Positions 26,771 to 40,182 of a DNA stretch of 64,000 nucleotides are shown in pieces. This stretch comes from Lama guanicoe. Its lineage: Eukaryota. Location: contig MU053561.1 of the NCBI GenBank assembly GCA_013239625.1, positions 2,434,283 to 2,498,282 on the forward strand, given 5' to 3'. Position numbers and translations under genes: made by a program. Under the pieces are notes generated by a model. That model worked only from the letters and a program-made list of their open reading frames with translations, did not search any database and had not been told where the DNA came from. Position 1 is the stretch's first letter; every line of letters starts with the position of its first letter.

Positions 26771-28774
26771 TATCGCCCTCGTGGGCCTCTGATTCAATGA
26801 GCATTTGTCCCTTTGTCTCTATCCTGGTTGATCTCTTGGTAATTCACTCATACAGTCTGTCTGCTGCAATACCGATTTCTATGGCACCAATTAGCTCGTA
26901 TGTGGTTGGAAAACAGGGGAAGGAGAAGAGTTGAACATGGATGTAGTGTTGGTTCACAGGCACATTTTCCGCAAGGCAAGGCGAGATGAAGTAGAGACGA
27001 ATGACAGCTTCAGTGGGAAGGGAACAGTGTGGCTTTCTGGGGTTTTCTTCTTTTAATTTTAAATGAACACCTGCACGTGGGACTCCCTTCCCAGAGAAGC
27101 ACATCCCGGCCTCGCATCTCCCAGGTTCCACTTCCCCCTGTGATACCCACCTTCACAGCAACCTCACTGGCTCGCAGCATCTTAAGTCCAAGCCTTCACT
27201 CAGTTCTTTCTGAGCATTTTTAATTTCCCCCAAAGCAGCTTCTGGGCCTCCTGAGCTGCCTGCACTGGCTGTCCAGGTTATCTCCCAAGGTATCAATTAC
27301 TGTGTCTCTTAGAGACCGATGACAGAGTCACATAGGTTTTGAATGATCTGCCCTTAACCTTGATTTTTCCCATAAGTCCTATTACTGTCATTGTGTGACT
27401 TTTGTAGAATGTGAGGCTTTTCAGGAACATAGCATAGCATGTCTCAACAGAAATGCCTCGTTTCTTTCAAGTGCTGTAGAAGGCGGCAGCCGCTGAAGCA
27501 AAAACACATGAAGGAATTGAACAAGGCTGCCCTCGGGGAATGTGAATGTGTTTGCAGAATCCCAGGCTGCAAGGCTGGTCCCTCCCCTGCAAGGCTGCAG
27601 CCCCTGAAATCACCTTCTCCTGGCCTTGAGCACTAAAGTGTGATGCTCGGGTCCTGACCCCAACCAGTGTAGCAGAAATAACCACTTTTCTTTCTGGTTC
27701 TGTCTTGGAGAGAGCGTACAGCAGTATGAATTAGCTACGTAGATTTCTGAATAAAGCCTTTCTCTTTACTTTCTTTGAAATTTGTTCATGAAAATACACT
27801 TTGATTCTCAGGTGTAAATAAGTCCTACCTCCCTAGAATTCCTATAAGAACTTGTTCCCTTCTTTATTGAAGCCCTGACCACCTAACGTCTTATCAGAGT
27901 GATGTGTGTATGTGCGTTCACATGTATGTCCCTGTATGTTGTATTTGCGTGTGTAAGTGCGTGTCTTACCTCAGTCATTGAGGACAGGCACTTTGTTTAC
28001 TTCATCTATTTCCTCCATATTGACCAAAACAATGCCTTTCACGTAGTAAGTACTTAATACATGTACCAAATGGACAAATCCTCCACAGGCATTGACTTTC
28101 ATTGGGCCCCTTTGGAAGGAGTTTCTGACAAATGTGCGCTGTGAATTACAATGCAGCGGTTAGAAGACATGGTTTTGCCTGAAAAATTTTCTTGTAGCAT
28201 AGTTATTGGAAATTATTCTGGGGAAGTCAAAACCAAAAAGCAATGTAAGAACACCTTGTGTGAAATATTTTATTCATCTTTTTAAAAAATTAATAAGCAG
28301 CAGACAGGAATTATTTCATTTGGCTGCTCTGATGGTTCCTGCTTCTTTCCAAGGTCCTGGAGGGTGAGTTGTTTCCCAAGGGAATACCAGTTCAGAACAA
28401 ACCTCAAGGGGATTTCTGCTTCGACAGGGAACTTGCTGACAGATGGCAGGGTTCTAAGTTCACAGCAAGGGAAACATATGGGCCTGGGGGTTAAGGGAGA
28501 CGGGCTCAGCCGCTTTGACTGAAACACATAACCTCCACTCGTCCCTTCCTATTGGTGAGTATCCAGGTATCTATCCAGTATCTTTGCTGTCCAACCCCCT
28601 CCTTAGGGGGGATCTATGATGTACTCCAGTGTGGCTGGAGTGCAGGGTCCCAGGGGACGTGTGGGGAGAGGCAAGGCTGGAGAGAGAGGGGAAGACCCCT
28701 TTTGGAAGGCTATGTTGGCTACATCAAAGAGTGGATTTGTATCATGGAGGAGATGGAAAGGCACTTGAAGTTTT

Positions 28775-29146
28775 TTTTTAATTGAGGTATAGTCAGTTTA
28801 CAATGTTGTGTCAATTTCTGGTGTACAGTACAGTGCTTCAGTCATACGTGAATATACACATATTCATTTTCATATTCTTTTTCACCATAAGGTACTACAA
28901 GATATTGAATATATTTCCCTGTGCTATACAGTATAAACTTGTTTATCTATTTTATATACACCAGCCAGCATCTGCAGATCTCGAACTCCCAGTTTATCCC
29001 TTCCCTCCCCCCTCCCCGCTGGCAACCACAAGTCTGTATTCTATATGAGTCTGTTTCTGTTTTACTTATGAGTTCATCTATCTTTTTTTTTTAAGATTCC
29101 ACATATGAGTGATATCACATGGTATTTTTCTTTCTCTTTCTGGCTA
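28775..29146 (-). mobile_element. Short 5'-truncated L1 3' end
   Basis: T-tract, L1 3' UTR, perfect 14-bp TSD GCACTTGAAGTTTT at 28761-28774 and 29147-29160. Confidence 0.9.
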
Positions 29147-29305
29147 GCACTTGAAGTTTTAAGCAGAGGACTATTACGATTAGTTTTGTAATCATTCTTA
29201 CCAATAGCTCAGTAGCTAACCAATGGGTGGTCTCCATAACCATCTCCATCAGCACCACCAAGGAAGCATTAACTTAGAAATATGTGCTTGTTATAGGACC
29301 ATAGC

Positions 29306-29338
29306 AAAAACAAAACAAAACAAAACAAAACAAAACAC
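29306..29338 (+). repeat. (AAAAC)n microsatellite
   Basis: About six tandem AAAAC units seen directly. Confidence 0.9.
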
Positions 29339-29989
29339 AACTGTGAGAATAGCTAAGACTTTCTGAAGCTTTCTGTGTGCCACACTGTATCCTAAGTGAT
29401 CTTTTAAAATGTGTTAACTCAATCTTTGCACGACGGAGCGGACACTTGAGGTCACACAATTACTGAGTGGCGGTGCTGGGACTTGAACACATCCAGGCCA
29501 GGTCCAGAGGCCATGCTTGTTACATTACAGCACTCAGCTGTCTCAGTGGTCACCCTCGCCCTGGCTTTCAACTAGGTTATCTCTCCCCAGCCACGCTCGC
29601 ATAGAAATTCTGCAATCGCCACTGCTTCTGGCTGTGTGAAGGATGGGTTGGAGAGTTCTAGACTAGAAGCCGGACTGTCAGGAGAGTGTCACAGTCATGC
29701 TGGTGAGACACGGTGGTGACCGGGAGCAGTGGTGACAGAAAGGGAGAGGATATGAGAGAGATGAAGGAGAACAGGACTTGGTCAGTCAAACAAATGGGAA
29801 AATGCACGTTGCATGCTTAGCCTAATACATGTTATTTTTGATATTTCAAAATACTGTAATATTTTTACCATTACCAGTTGGGTTATTGTCCAGACTTAAG
29901 TCAGAGCTTTTCTAAAGTAAATACTAACATATGAAAAGCAATGTTCTGGAATATGTTCATTGTCAAACTTGATCTTAAAAAAACCTGTT

Positions 29990-30436
29990 TATATCGGTTT
30001 TGGAGAGCTGCTGTAACAAAGTACCACAAACTGGCTGGCTCAAACAACAGGAGAAAAGTGCGTCACTGTTCTGGAGACTGGTAGTCAGGAGTCCGCAGGG
30101 CTGGTTCCTCCTGAGGGCTGGCAGGGAGAATCTGTTGCAGGCCTCTCCCCCGGCTTCTGGTGGTTGGCTGGCCATCTTTGGTGTTCCTCGGCTTATAGGT
30201 CTCTGCTTTCATCCTGACATGGTGTTTTCCCTGTGAGAGTCAGTGTCCAAATTTCCCCTTTTCATAAGGCCACCAGTCATACTCAATTAGGCTCCCCCAA
30301 CTCCGGTATGCCAGTATGTCATCTTCACTAATTACACCTGCCACGATTCTATTTCCAAATAAACTTACATTCTGGGGTACCGGGGCTTATGACCTCAAAG
30401 TATGAATTTTGGGGGAACACATTTTAACCCACAGCA
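29990..30436 (-). mobile_element. MaLR solo LTR (MLT1C-like)
   Basis: GCTGCTGTAACAAAGTACCACAAACTGG start and GGGGGAACACATTTTAACCCACAGCA end match the antisense MLT1 consensus as I recall it. Confidence 0.8.
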
Positions 30437-32166
30437 CCTTTATAGCAGGTAGAGAAGAAATTACTCTTATTCCCATTTTAAAGGTAAAGAAACTGAGTCT
30501 CAGGGAGACCAAGTAACTCACCCAAGGTAAGTAAATTCCTGGGTCACAAATGCAAGTCTGCTCTCCAGTTCAGTAGTCAAAGGGAGCCAAATAGTGCCTC
30601 TGGCTGAGTTTGTCTGGCTGTTCTCACACACCTGGACCAGTGAGATCTGAGGTCACACCTGGGTGTGTAAAGAGAGGGGAAGTGGTCACATGTGGTCTCT
30701 TCTTGCAATCAATTGCAAACACTCTATTGTTAAAAGCTTCCTTTTGCTTATTTAATTGCTGCCCCTGTGGCTGTACCTCAAGATGGTTTAACCTCGAGGG
30801 GAACCGTTGACTCAAATTGTTTCTTGTGAATCTGTTGTTTCTCCCCGTGGGCCCATCCCTGAGCTGAGGGGAGCTGGGTACAATGAGCCTATTCAGGATA
30901 GCACATAAAATGCCCTGTTTCCCTTTTCTCTATAAGCAGCATTCTTTGCCCCCTTGTGCTTTTCTTTTGTCCTGCCCATTGCGTAACATCAGTGTGGGTG
31001 TGGGGAGTGTGTGGGTTGCCAGCAATGAGAGTGTGGCCGAGGACACCTGCCTGATGACATGCACGAGAGCAGACGGTGCTGGGCAAGCTTCCCAGGAACT
31101 GATCTGCCACCATGCCAGCGCTGGCCTGCACCTTCTGTTCTGCCCGAGTCCCTCTCACCAGCTAAAGCTGGTGTTCCCTCGTGGCTTCCTCTGGGCAGAG
31201 AGGAGGGACATACCCCATCTGTGAGACCCCACCCCCTGGGAGGCAGTGTAGGAAGTAGTCGAGTGCAGATTCTGGAGACAGATTCTAACCCCAGCTCTGC
31301 CATTTGCCATGTGACTTCAGGGAAGAAGCTTCACCCCCTGCCCCATGTCATTTCATCTACAAAATGGAGATGATAAATTTATATCCCTCGTAAGGTTATC
31401 ACCTGTACAAATGGCATAATCTATAAATGGCGCCTAAAACAATGTGCCTGCTACATAATACCAGCACTCAGTAAATGTGAGCAATACTTCCTTATTTGTT
31501 TCCCAAATGTCATTTGTTAATCTGCTCATTGAAAACTGGCAGGAAACGCATCAAGAAGTTAACAGTGGTTATGTCTGGATGGTGGAGTTGCAGGTGATTT
31601 TATTGTCCGAGTTTTGCTTATTTGTATTTTCAAAACTTTCTGTAGTAAACGTGTTACTTTTTTAACGAGAGAAGACAAACTCCCGTAGAGAATCTACAAG
31701 GTGAAGTGGACTAGGGATGAGCAGGTACAAAGTGAAGACAGGACCATTGTCCTTAATGGAGTTTAAAGCCTATGGGAGGAGCCAAAACAGGTAGAATAAT
31801 GATGTAAGAGGAATGGGCTGTAATGCTCGGGGGGGGGGGCTGGGTACCGAACCAGACCCCTCACGTGGCACCTGGCACTACAGAAATGTCACCGGTCTTT
31901 CCCCAGCAGTGTTTGTGGGAACAGGAAAGTAGGAAGACACACACAGTCAGATAAAAGAGCCACCCCCTTCATCTACCCCAGCGCCCCAGGGGGACGGGGA
32001 TCGTTGAGAGTCCTTTCTAAGATGCCTATTTCTAGGAAGGGGCTTATGTTGAAGAAAAAGTTGAGATTCTTTACGGAGCACCTCTTACGAATGACAAGTA
32101 TGAGTCCAGGTTGCAGAGCAGTGTGTCAAGTGGAATAAGTAATTTCCTGTTTCTCTCTCTCCATAG

Positions 32167-32231
32167 CATCATTAGCGTCATCATCATTCTGGCTGGAGCA
32201 ATTGCACTTATCATCGGTTTTGGTATTTCAG
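32167..32231 (+). CDS. VTCN1: B7-H4 exon 2 (hydrophobic N-terminal segment, (S)IISVIIILAGAIALIIGFGIS(G))
   Basis: 65-nt exon; pyrimidine tract plus CATAG acceptor; CAG/GTATGT donor; peptide matches the B7-H4 N-terminus; joins exon 3 in frame. Confidence 0.95.
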
Positions 32232-33099
32232 GTATGTGATGTCTTGCCTTACCACGACCCATTCACCCGTCAGTAAGCCCCTAATCATTCAGTGTGGTAG
32301 AGTGGAAAGAGCACAGGGCTTGGACCCAGAAAACCTCAGAGGAGAGCACTGGTTCTTCTACTTACTGACTGTGTTCTCTGCACTTTAGTCATTTAACTCC
32401 CTGGGCCTCAGGTTCCTCCTTTGTAGAGGGGAGGAAATCAGCCCACATCACCGTTTGGCTGAGCAGATTAAATGGAATGTCCATCAGAGTGTTCTGTCTG
32501 CCAGACAGTGCGAAGACCCATTCTGGGATCTTAGGTAAATGCTGTGGCTGAGCCATTCTGTCAGTTGTTGATCTGGGTAGGTGTTTCCTTTGTGATGAAG
32601 CTTCAGCTGAAGTGTTAGAATATCAAGACTTCGGACACAGGGGTCTTAAGTAAAGGGAATATTCGCTGGCCGTAACTGCTGTTCCATGTAGGAAACAGAT
32701 GTCATTGTGGCGTGGATGGTGAGTTTCTGAATGCAGCTAACTGATGTCTTCTCTTCCATGTGGACCATATCTCAGAGACATCTATTATGGACGCCAGTTT
32801 GATTAAGATACTGAGCGAGTTAGACCAGCAGCTGTCCTCTCTGAAGCAAGTTCTTTGCTTCATTTCCCTTAAAGTGCATGACTCAGGCCAACCCATTTAT
32901 TTTAACTTAGTCTGTGGCCAAAGCTGTCACTTTATAACTGCAGTTTTTATAGTTCCAGCTGTCTTTTCTCTCTGTCATTCTCCTCCAGTGTAAGTGTCCT
33001 ACCATTAGAGTAATCACAAGGCCTAAATGAAGAAAATGCATTGCAAATGTGTTTGCCTAGAAAAGACATTAGCATCCTTCCCCACTTTCTTATCAACAA

Positions 33100-33620
33100 A
33101 AATGTGTATTTTGTCTTTCATCCATTTTTCTATTGGATTATCGTTTTCTTTTTATATGTGGGAATTCTTTATATATTCTGGATGCAGTTTGGTTTTATAT
33201 ATTGCAAAATCTCTTCTACTCCATGGCTTGCTTTTTCACTCTAATGATGTCTTTCAATGAGCAGAAGTTTTTAATTTTAACATAGTCCAGTTTATCAACC
33301 TTTTCCTTTATACCTGGAGCTTTTTGTAAACTGCTTGGTTAAGAAGTCTGCCTATCCCAAGGTCATGAAGATTTTATTCTAGGTTATCTTGTGGAAGCTT
33401 TAATGTTTTACCCTCCACATTTATACCTACAAACCATCTAGAATAATTTTGTGTGTGGTCAAAGATAGCGGTCAAGATTCCCACGTTCCGTGTGGCTTTA
33501 CAGTTGACCCAGCACCATTTATTGAAAACACTATCCTCCCCACCCCTTCTCACTGGTGCCAATTTTGTCATAAATCATTTATCCAAATGTGTATGGATCT
33601 GTTTCTGAGCTCACTGACCT
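33100..33620 (-). mobile_element. Old L1M ORF2 fragment
   Basis: ORF 33374-33571 contains SVFNKWCWVNC, a degraded L1 ORF2 motif. Confidence 0.7.
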
Positions 33621-33641
33621 GTTTCATTCTAATATTCTTTT

Positions 33642-33736
33642 TTTTATTGAGTTATAGTCAATTTACAATGTAGTGTAAATTTTTGGTGTACAGCACAGTT
33701 TTTGTCATACATGAATATACATATACTTTCATATTC
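33642..33736 (-). mobile_element. About 95-bp L1 3' tip insertion
   Basis: Perfect 18-bp TSD TCATTCTAATATTCTTTT at 33624-33641 and 33737-33754 flanks the L1 terminal motif TTATTGAGTTATAGTCAATTTACAATG. Confidence 0.85.
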
Positions 33737-34492
33737 TCATTCTAATATTCTTTTATAATTTGTTTTCTCTCTCTGTTATTTTGTCTTTTCCTTTTCCTAA
33801 TCTTGGGCATTCTCTCTCTCTCTCTCATCTTAAAACAAGTTGACAAGGTATTAGTGGCTTTGTAGTAGTTTCAAAGGAACAAGGTTTTGGTTTCATTTTT
33901 ACTTTCTCTAATTGTTTTCATATTTAACTAATTTTGGCTTTTATCTTTATTTGTGTCCCTCTTTCTTTGTTTTGTGGTCTTTTAGTTCTTTTCCTAATAT
34001 CTTAAAACAAGCACTTTACAAAACACTACGTCCAGAAAGCCAATAAATAGCTCTTAGTAGACAGATACTGCCATTTAATTTTCCAAAGTGATTTCCCAAG
34101 TTGCTCTTCACCAGAAGTGTATGAGAGACCCAGAGCGCCATGTCCTCACCAACACAGGTTGTCGTAGAGTACTGTTGTGATTTTAATTTCTATTTCCTGG
34201 CGACTGAGGAGGCTGGGTATATTTTCACATAAGAAACATGTTGAGTGACAGAGCCAGACCCAAAACAGTACATTCTGTATAAAAACCAGGCAGATGAATC
34301 TCTGCTATTAGAAGGCAGAATAATGGTTATCACCCTGGGAAGAGGGAGAGAGCGGCCATTAGGAGGGGCATGAGGGGGCTTCTAGGGGATAGCAAAGTTC
34401 TAGTTCTTGGTGTGGGTGGTGGTTACATGGGATGAAGTTGTGATAATCCTTCAAACTGCACAATTATGATGTGTACATTTTAATGTATATAT

Positions 34493-34662
34493 ACCTTGCA
34501 TTGGTGGTAGGGTTTTAATATTATCTGTGGTACACTGCTGAACTGAGTGAATGGTAACTTATCTATGTATTCACCCCTCCATGCTTCTATCCACTTGTCC
34601 ATTCAAAAAGCACTAGAAGATGGACATTTAGGTTACTTTCATGTCTTGGCTATTATAAATAG
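34493..34662 (-). repeat. Inverted copy of 35829-35999 (about 170 bp, roughly 90% identical by eye)
   Basis: ACCTTGCATTGGTGGTAGGGTTTTAATATTAT...CATGTCTTGGCTATTATAAATAG is the reverse complement of 35829-35999. Confidence 0.93.
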
Positions 34663-35555
34663 GTGTAATGTATGTCATACTTCTACAATTCCTATACACT
34701 ATATATGTAAATAAAATACTGACTGGTAAAGCAAATATTTTGGACTAACTTTTAAAGATATCAGCTCATACATTTTGGTACCTTCCTCACTAACGCTCAA
34801 CTCCTCTTCCTTGCTTATAATTTACCCTATTCTTGATCTGATTTACCACCTTGAATTAAAAACCTAGTGTTTGCCCTTCACTCTAAATCTTGGTGCACAG
34901 CCCTTTGGTGGCCTGGGGCTAAATGGCTTAGTGTTAGAGCCCTTCTGGAGTTATCTTTTGCTTGTTAATGGCTTTGATCACCCTCGCAAGAATTTTCACA
35001 TCGTCACAGCTTCCCTGTGACAGTCAACATTTTGCTACTTACACCTTTTCCTGTTGCATAGCCATAGCGACCTCAGGCACTTAGCTCAGTTCCTTGAATA
35101 CAGAGGGTACTCTTTAAGTCTTTTTAAAAATTGTTTATTTTTTATTTTTATTGAAGTATAGTTGATTTACAATATTGTGTTAGTTTCAGGTGTACAGCAA
35201 AGTGACTCAGTTACACATATATATGTATATATCTCTATTCTTTTTTTTTATTCTTTTCCATTATAAATTATTACAAAATATTGAATACACTTCCCTGTGC
35301 TTCACAGTAGGTCCTTGTTGTTATCTGTTAATCCAATACTCCTAATTTATCCCCCCCCAATTTCCCTTTTGGTAACCATAAGTTTGTTTTCTATGTCTGT
35401 GAGTCTGTTTCTGTTTTGTAAATAAGTTCATTTGTACTATTTTTAAGATTCCACATAGAAGTGATATCATATATTTGTCTTTCTCTGTCTGACTTACTTC
35501 ACTTAGTATAATAATCTCTAGATCCATCCATGTTGCTGCAATGGCATTATTTTGC

Positions 35556-35672
35556 GGGGGAGGGTATAGCTCAGTGGTAGAATGCTTGCTTAGCATGCAA
35601 GAGGTCATGGGTTCAATCCCTAGTAGCTCCACTAAAATAAATAAATAAACCTGATTACCACCCCCCCAATTC
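35556..35672 (+). mobile_element. tRNA-derived SINE (vic-1-like) nested in L1
   Basis: GGGGGAGGGTATAGCTCAGTGGTAGAA...GGTTCAATCCC; TSD AATGGCAT(T/C)ATTT at 35540-35552 and 35674-35686. Confidence 0.9.
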
Positions 35673-35728
35673 AAATGGCATCATTTCATTCTTTTTATGT
35701 CTGAGTAGTACTCCATTGTCTGTGTGTA

Positions 35729-35738
<10 letters not shown>

Positions 35739-35764
<26 letters not shown>
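35739..35764 (+). repeat. (TA)13 microsatellite after a TG-rich run
   Basis: Seen directly. Confidence 0.9.
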
Positions 35765-35765
<1 letters not shown>

Positions 35766-38700
35766 TCATACATATATAAATACACATACACCACATCTTT
35801 ATCCATTGCCCCAATGTTCATAGTGGCACTATTTATAATAGCCAAGACATGAAGTAACCTAAATGTCCATCTTTAAGTGCTTTTCAAATGGACAAGTGGA
35901 CAGAAGCATGGAGGGGTGAATACATGGATAAAAGGTACTATTCACTCAGTTCAGCAGGGTACCACAAATAATATTAAAACCCTACCACCAATGCAAGGTT
36001 TTCTGCCTTCTTCCTATTTTACAAGGTGAAAGCTGATTATTTTGGATACAATGGGCTGTTTATTAGTTTAACACTATTTAGTTGGATTTTTCTCAATTGC
36101 TTCTGTTAAAAGGACAATAACCTGAGAGCATTATATTATCACACTTTAAATAAATTCCGTAAGATGTTAGCTGACTTCACACACAAGACAATGAAACAGC
36201 ATTAGGTAGATGATGATGATATGTTTTGAATCCTTTCTGTGTGTGCCTCACTGTACTAAATAACTTTGCATATATTGTCTGGTTTACTACTCACAACAAA
36301 CAGGAGATAAATATTACATTGTCCTGATTAGAAACTCGCCTGAGGTTGCACACACCTAGCAAGCAGGCATAGCTGTGGTTCAAGCCCTGGAAATGTGCTT
36401 CCAAACCCTGACTCTTACCCATCACCCCATACCAATGATAACATTTGTGCAGAGTTGTTGCAGAGAGGGGTATTCTCTGGTTTGCCTTGCAGGCAATCTG
36501 CCTGAGGCCACAGCTTTTAAAGATGTAAAGATATTCATAAATACAGAAAAACATATGTCTTTGTAACTCTCCTGAGCCATCTAAGTCACCTTCTCATAGC
36601 CACTCTACTCCTTACAAGTTCTAAATATGGACCTTACAAAACATAAAATACGTTGGAGGTGGATTATTTGGAAGGGAGGCTGAGCAGCCCCCATTAAGCC
36701 CCAGTTATAGGACAGCCTTGTGGGTGACCCTTTAAGAAGGAGGGAGATGCAGTGGAAAGGCCCCTGACTACTCAGCCCAGGCCCCATGCTGTCACTCACC
36801 CACTGGGTGCCTGTGAATAGCCCCGATTGGCAGAAGCATTTAGGAATCAGACAGAGTGGTTCTAATCTCAGGTCTGACACTGTGTGTCCTTTGGGATATA
36901 ACTTATTTAACTTTCCAGAATCTCACTGGTAAAACAGTCAGTGTCGCTGTGGGAATTAAATGAGAGGGCATTTGTAAAGTGCTGGACACACGTATGCGTA
37001 ATAAACGGCTCTTTGTTACTTACGTTGATACCATCAGTGCCATTAATAATAACTTGCTACTACTAATACATTCATATAGCACCTCCTAAAGCTTGTACAG
37101 TTTCCTGACCACACCAGGAAACTCCTCTGAAGTTAGGGAAGCCAGGGCAGGAAGCCACAGGACACTGCCTCCTAATTACGCTCCATCTTTTTGGTCCCTG
37201 GATAAATTGATCGATCAGGCATGTGCTTGTGGCATCAAAACAGGAGCAGTGAAGTCTTCTGGAAAGAATTTGATACATATTTTTAAATTACAGTCAGCTG
37301 AGAAAATAAACAGCTGTTGGCCTTTCTTACCCTTGTTTTATGGTTTTTAACTGTTTTTATTTTTACACGAAGTGGGGACACTTTTTTAGTGGACAGGCTC
37401 TGCATATCTCAGTCTGGCCGTGGGTATGAGTGAAAAGCAGTAGAAAAAATAAGGCTCAGCACGAACTTAGACAAGATTGAATTTGATAGTGGCTCCACTA
37501 CTTGCTAGATCCAGGGCTTTGGGCAAGCCATCTAATACCACAGAGCCTCTTTCTCCTCATTCATCAAGTGGGTTATTATCAGCATCCCTATTTTAATAGA
37601 TAAAAAAAATTAAAGAACAGAAAAGTCCAAAAACTTGCCGGAGGCCCCATATCCAGGGTGTGTCAGAGCTGGGACTGGAACCCAGACAGCCTGATACCTG
37701 TTCTCAGACCCCGTGCTCTGCTGCTGCCTCCCTACCTTGTTCCTTTATCTAGCCCGGCCCAGCATCCTTTCTAATGTCTTCTCACAGGAGCAGCTCTTAA
37801 ACCCCAACCCTGCCCTCTTTGGCAAGAGTGCCACTCGCAGGGGCCACCCCGGGTTCCACTGGTGCATGCTTAAGCTTGTGTGTTTCCACCTTTAAGCCAC
37901 GTGCTCTGGTGCCCATCTGGGCAGCTGGGTCCAGCGGATGCTGGGGTTGCTCTCTGTGCTACTGGCATCTACAGAGCTCGTCTCACTGAGTCATTTCAGA
38001 GAAAGCTCATTTTCCAAGATCTCTCCTGTGGTGCTGGGCACCCCAGAATCATAATTTCTGTAAAGAATCCTTGCCTTGTGTTACTTACCACCCCACTTTC
38101 CAAGAGATTTCTGCTCCTGCTGGAAAGGGCAACTGAATAGTGCCCACTGAGTGTGAGAACAGAATAGCCCCGATTTCAGCCTGTTCCCCTCTGACACTTT
38201 TCCCGTGCAGACCAGAGCTGTGATGGTAATTAGCTCTCATGAGCTGGAGAATTCATTTTTGGTAAGCGGCTGGGGCTTCTAACTTTGGAGGTTTGATGGA
38301 ATCTTAGAGGCCAATGGAATCCTTAAAACCCGTGCCTGTTTAAATGAACAGAACTCTGCATCAGTAGATGGCTGCCTCTAACCAGCAACTTGAGCCCTTC
38401 TACCCTCGATAAACCACAGGAGAGCCCCTGGTGGTGAAGAGGCCTGGACAGTCACATCAGGCCAGACTGTGTTTCCTAGAACATAGTCCTTAAGCGATAT
38501 TTGTTCGCAAGTTTGAATACAGATTTCTTTGGGAGAGAAGCAATACCTATATGCTGTTGCTTACAACTTAAATCTCATTTGATCACTTTTAACCATAATT
38601 TATTCTCCCAACAAATGAGGATCTACTGATTGCTTTCTGGGTACAAAGCAAGGGCTAGGTCTTCTTGGTTTTTTAAGTTCTCGCTGGCTTTTATTCCTCT

Positions 38701-39253
38701 CGATTTGCTACAAGGAGCAGGGATTTCATCAACATGTACTCATTCCATCTGCCACAGCCTTAATGCAACTTGAAATGAGCTGAAGCCTGCTGTGGGTCCC
38801 CGGGGCACTCCACAGCTGCCTGCTCTTAATCATTAAGTTTTCTAAGATATTTGAACAAATTCTCCACCTGTGGGCTCAAGGCCAACACATTAAATTTAAT
38901 TCGGTAACACAATTACCGAACTAAGAAATGCCATTATCATTTCATTCTCTCCATAAACTGTGCTCATCAGGTATTTTTTTCTGAAAAGTAATTTTTCAAT
39001 TCAACTTTAATGGAACTTTATGAACTAGAATCAAATTTACCCTTGCTCTAACAGCTACATTTGCTCCGTGATTTTATTGAGAATTGTGGTGTTTTCTCAT
39101 TGCTTTCTTTTTCACTGGCTCATATTTCCCCCAAATTTAGGTGGGGTAGTCCTGCCAAGTGTGCCTTGTTCTTACAGTCATTTGGGGTAGAATCATTTAT
39201 TCATTCACTCAACAGATATTCTTTTTCTCTGTAGAAATCTAGCACTAGGCACT

Positions 39254-40113
39254 TGCCTTAGTCTGCTCTGACTGCCATAATAAAATACTCTACCCTGGGG
39301 AGCTTAAACGTGGACATTTGTTTTCTCACAGTCTGGGAGCTGAGACGTGCCCCCAGGCTCCAGATGGCCCCGTCTCCACAGCTTCCATCAGACGCCCTCC
39401 GGCCTGTTGAAGCACAGTGCTGAGTGACGCTGTGGTCTGGGCTGGAGGAGCTAAGAGGTCTGGCAGCCTTCCTTCATTTTCTCTCATTGTTCTGTCCCCG
39501 TCAGCTTTTCTGTACCAAGCTGGCGGTATATAATCCTGTCTCTATCCCTGGCTTCTCTAGAGGCAGGTGTTAGAATCCACGAGTCATACGTATGATCTCC
39601 TTATCAAGTGGTTGTTCAGGCTCGCCCTGAGCGCTCTCTTCAGAATGGCTTTCTCAGTTTTTGCAATGTGGACAGGCTGAGAATCTTCCAAATCTTCAAG
39701 TTCTGGTTCCTTTTTGCTTAACAATCCCATCTTCAATTCATCTCCCTTCTTTCCCGTATTTTGCTATAAGCGGTCAGGAGTAACCAAGCCTCTCTTTCAA
39801 CACTTTGTGTAGAAATCTTCTCAGCTAAATATCCTGTTCCATCACTCGCACGTTCAACCTTCCACAAAACACTAGACCACAGTTCGGCCAGGTTCTGTGC
39901 CACTTTATAACAAGGATTGCTTTTCCTCTAGTTTCCAATAACATATTCCTTATTTCCCATCTGGGATCTCACCAGAATTGCCCTTAACACCTGCATTTCT
40001 AGCATGCACCTCAAAACTCCTCCAGCCTCTAACCATCACTCGGTTCCAACGCTTCCTCCACATGCTCAGGCACTTATTACAGCAGTACCCACCCCACTTC
40101 TTAGTAACAAAAT
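39254..40113 (-). mobile_element. MLT1-type LTR end plus MaLR internal sequence
   Basis: TGCCTTAGTCTGCTCTGACTGCCATAATAAAATAC resembles the MLT1A end; ...CAGCAGTACCCACCCCACTTCTTAGTAACAAAATT resembles the antisense MaLR-int 5' end. Confidence 0.6.
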
Positions 40114-40151
40114 TTGTATCAGTCAGGGTTCTCTAGAAAGACAGAACCAAT

Positions 40152-40182
<31 letters not shown>

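Larger units (their letters stand above)
35131..35872 (-). mobile_element. L1 3' fragment with inverted 5' tip (twin priming), a nested SINE and (TA)n
   Basis: Minus-strand L1 3' UTR to about 35805, then plus-strand L1 (CCCCAATGTTCATAG...CCTAAATGTCCATC); flanks CTTTAAGTCTTTT and CTTTAAGTGCTTTT resemble a TSD. Confidence 0.85.

Noticed and set aside
38900..38920. Hairpin TTCGGTAA-CACAA-TTACCGAA
   Set aside because: An 8-bp stem is expected by chance in 64 kb and there is no supporting context.
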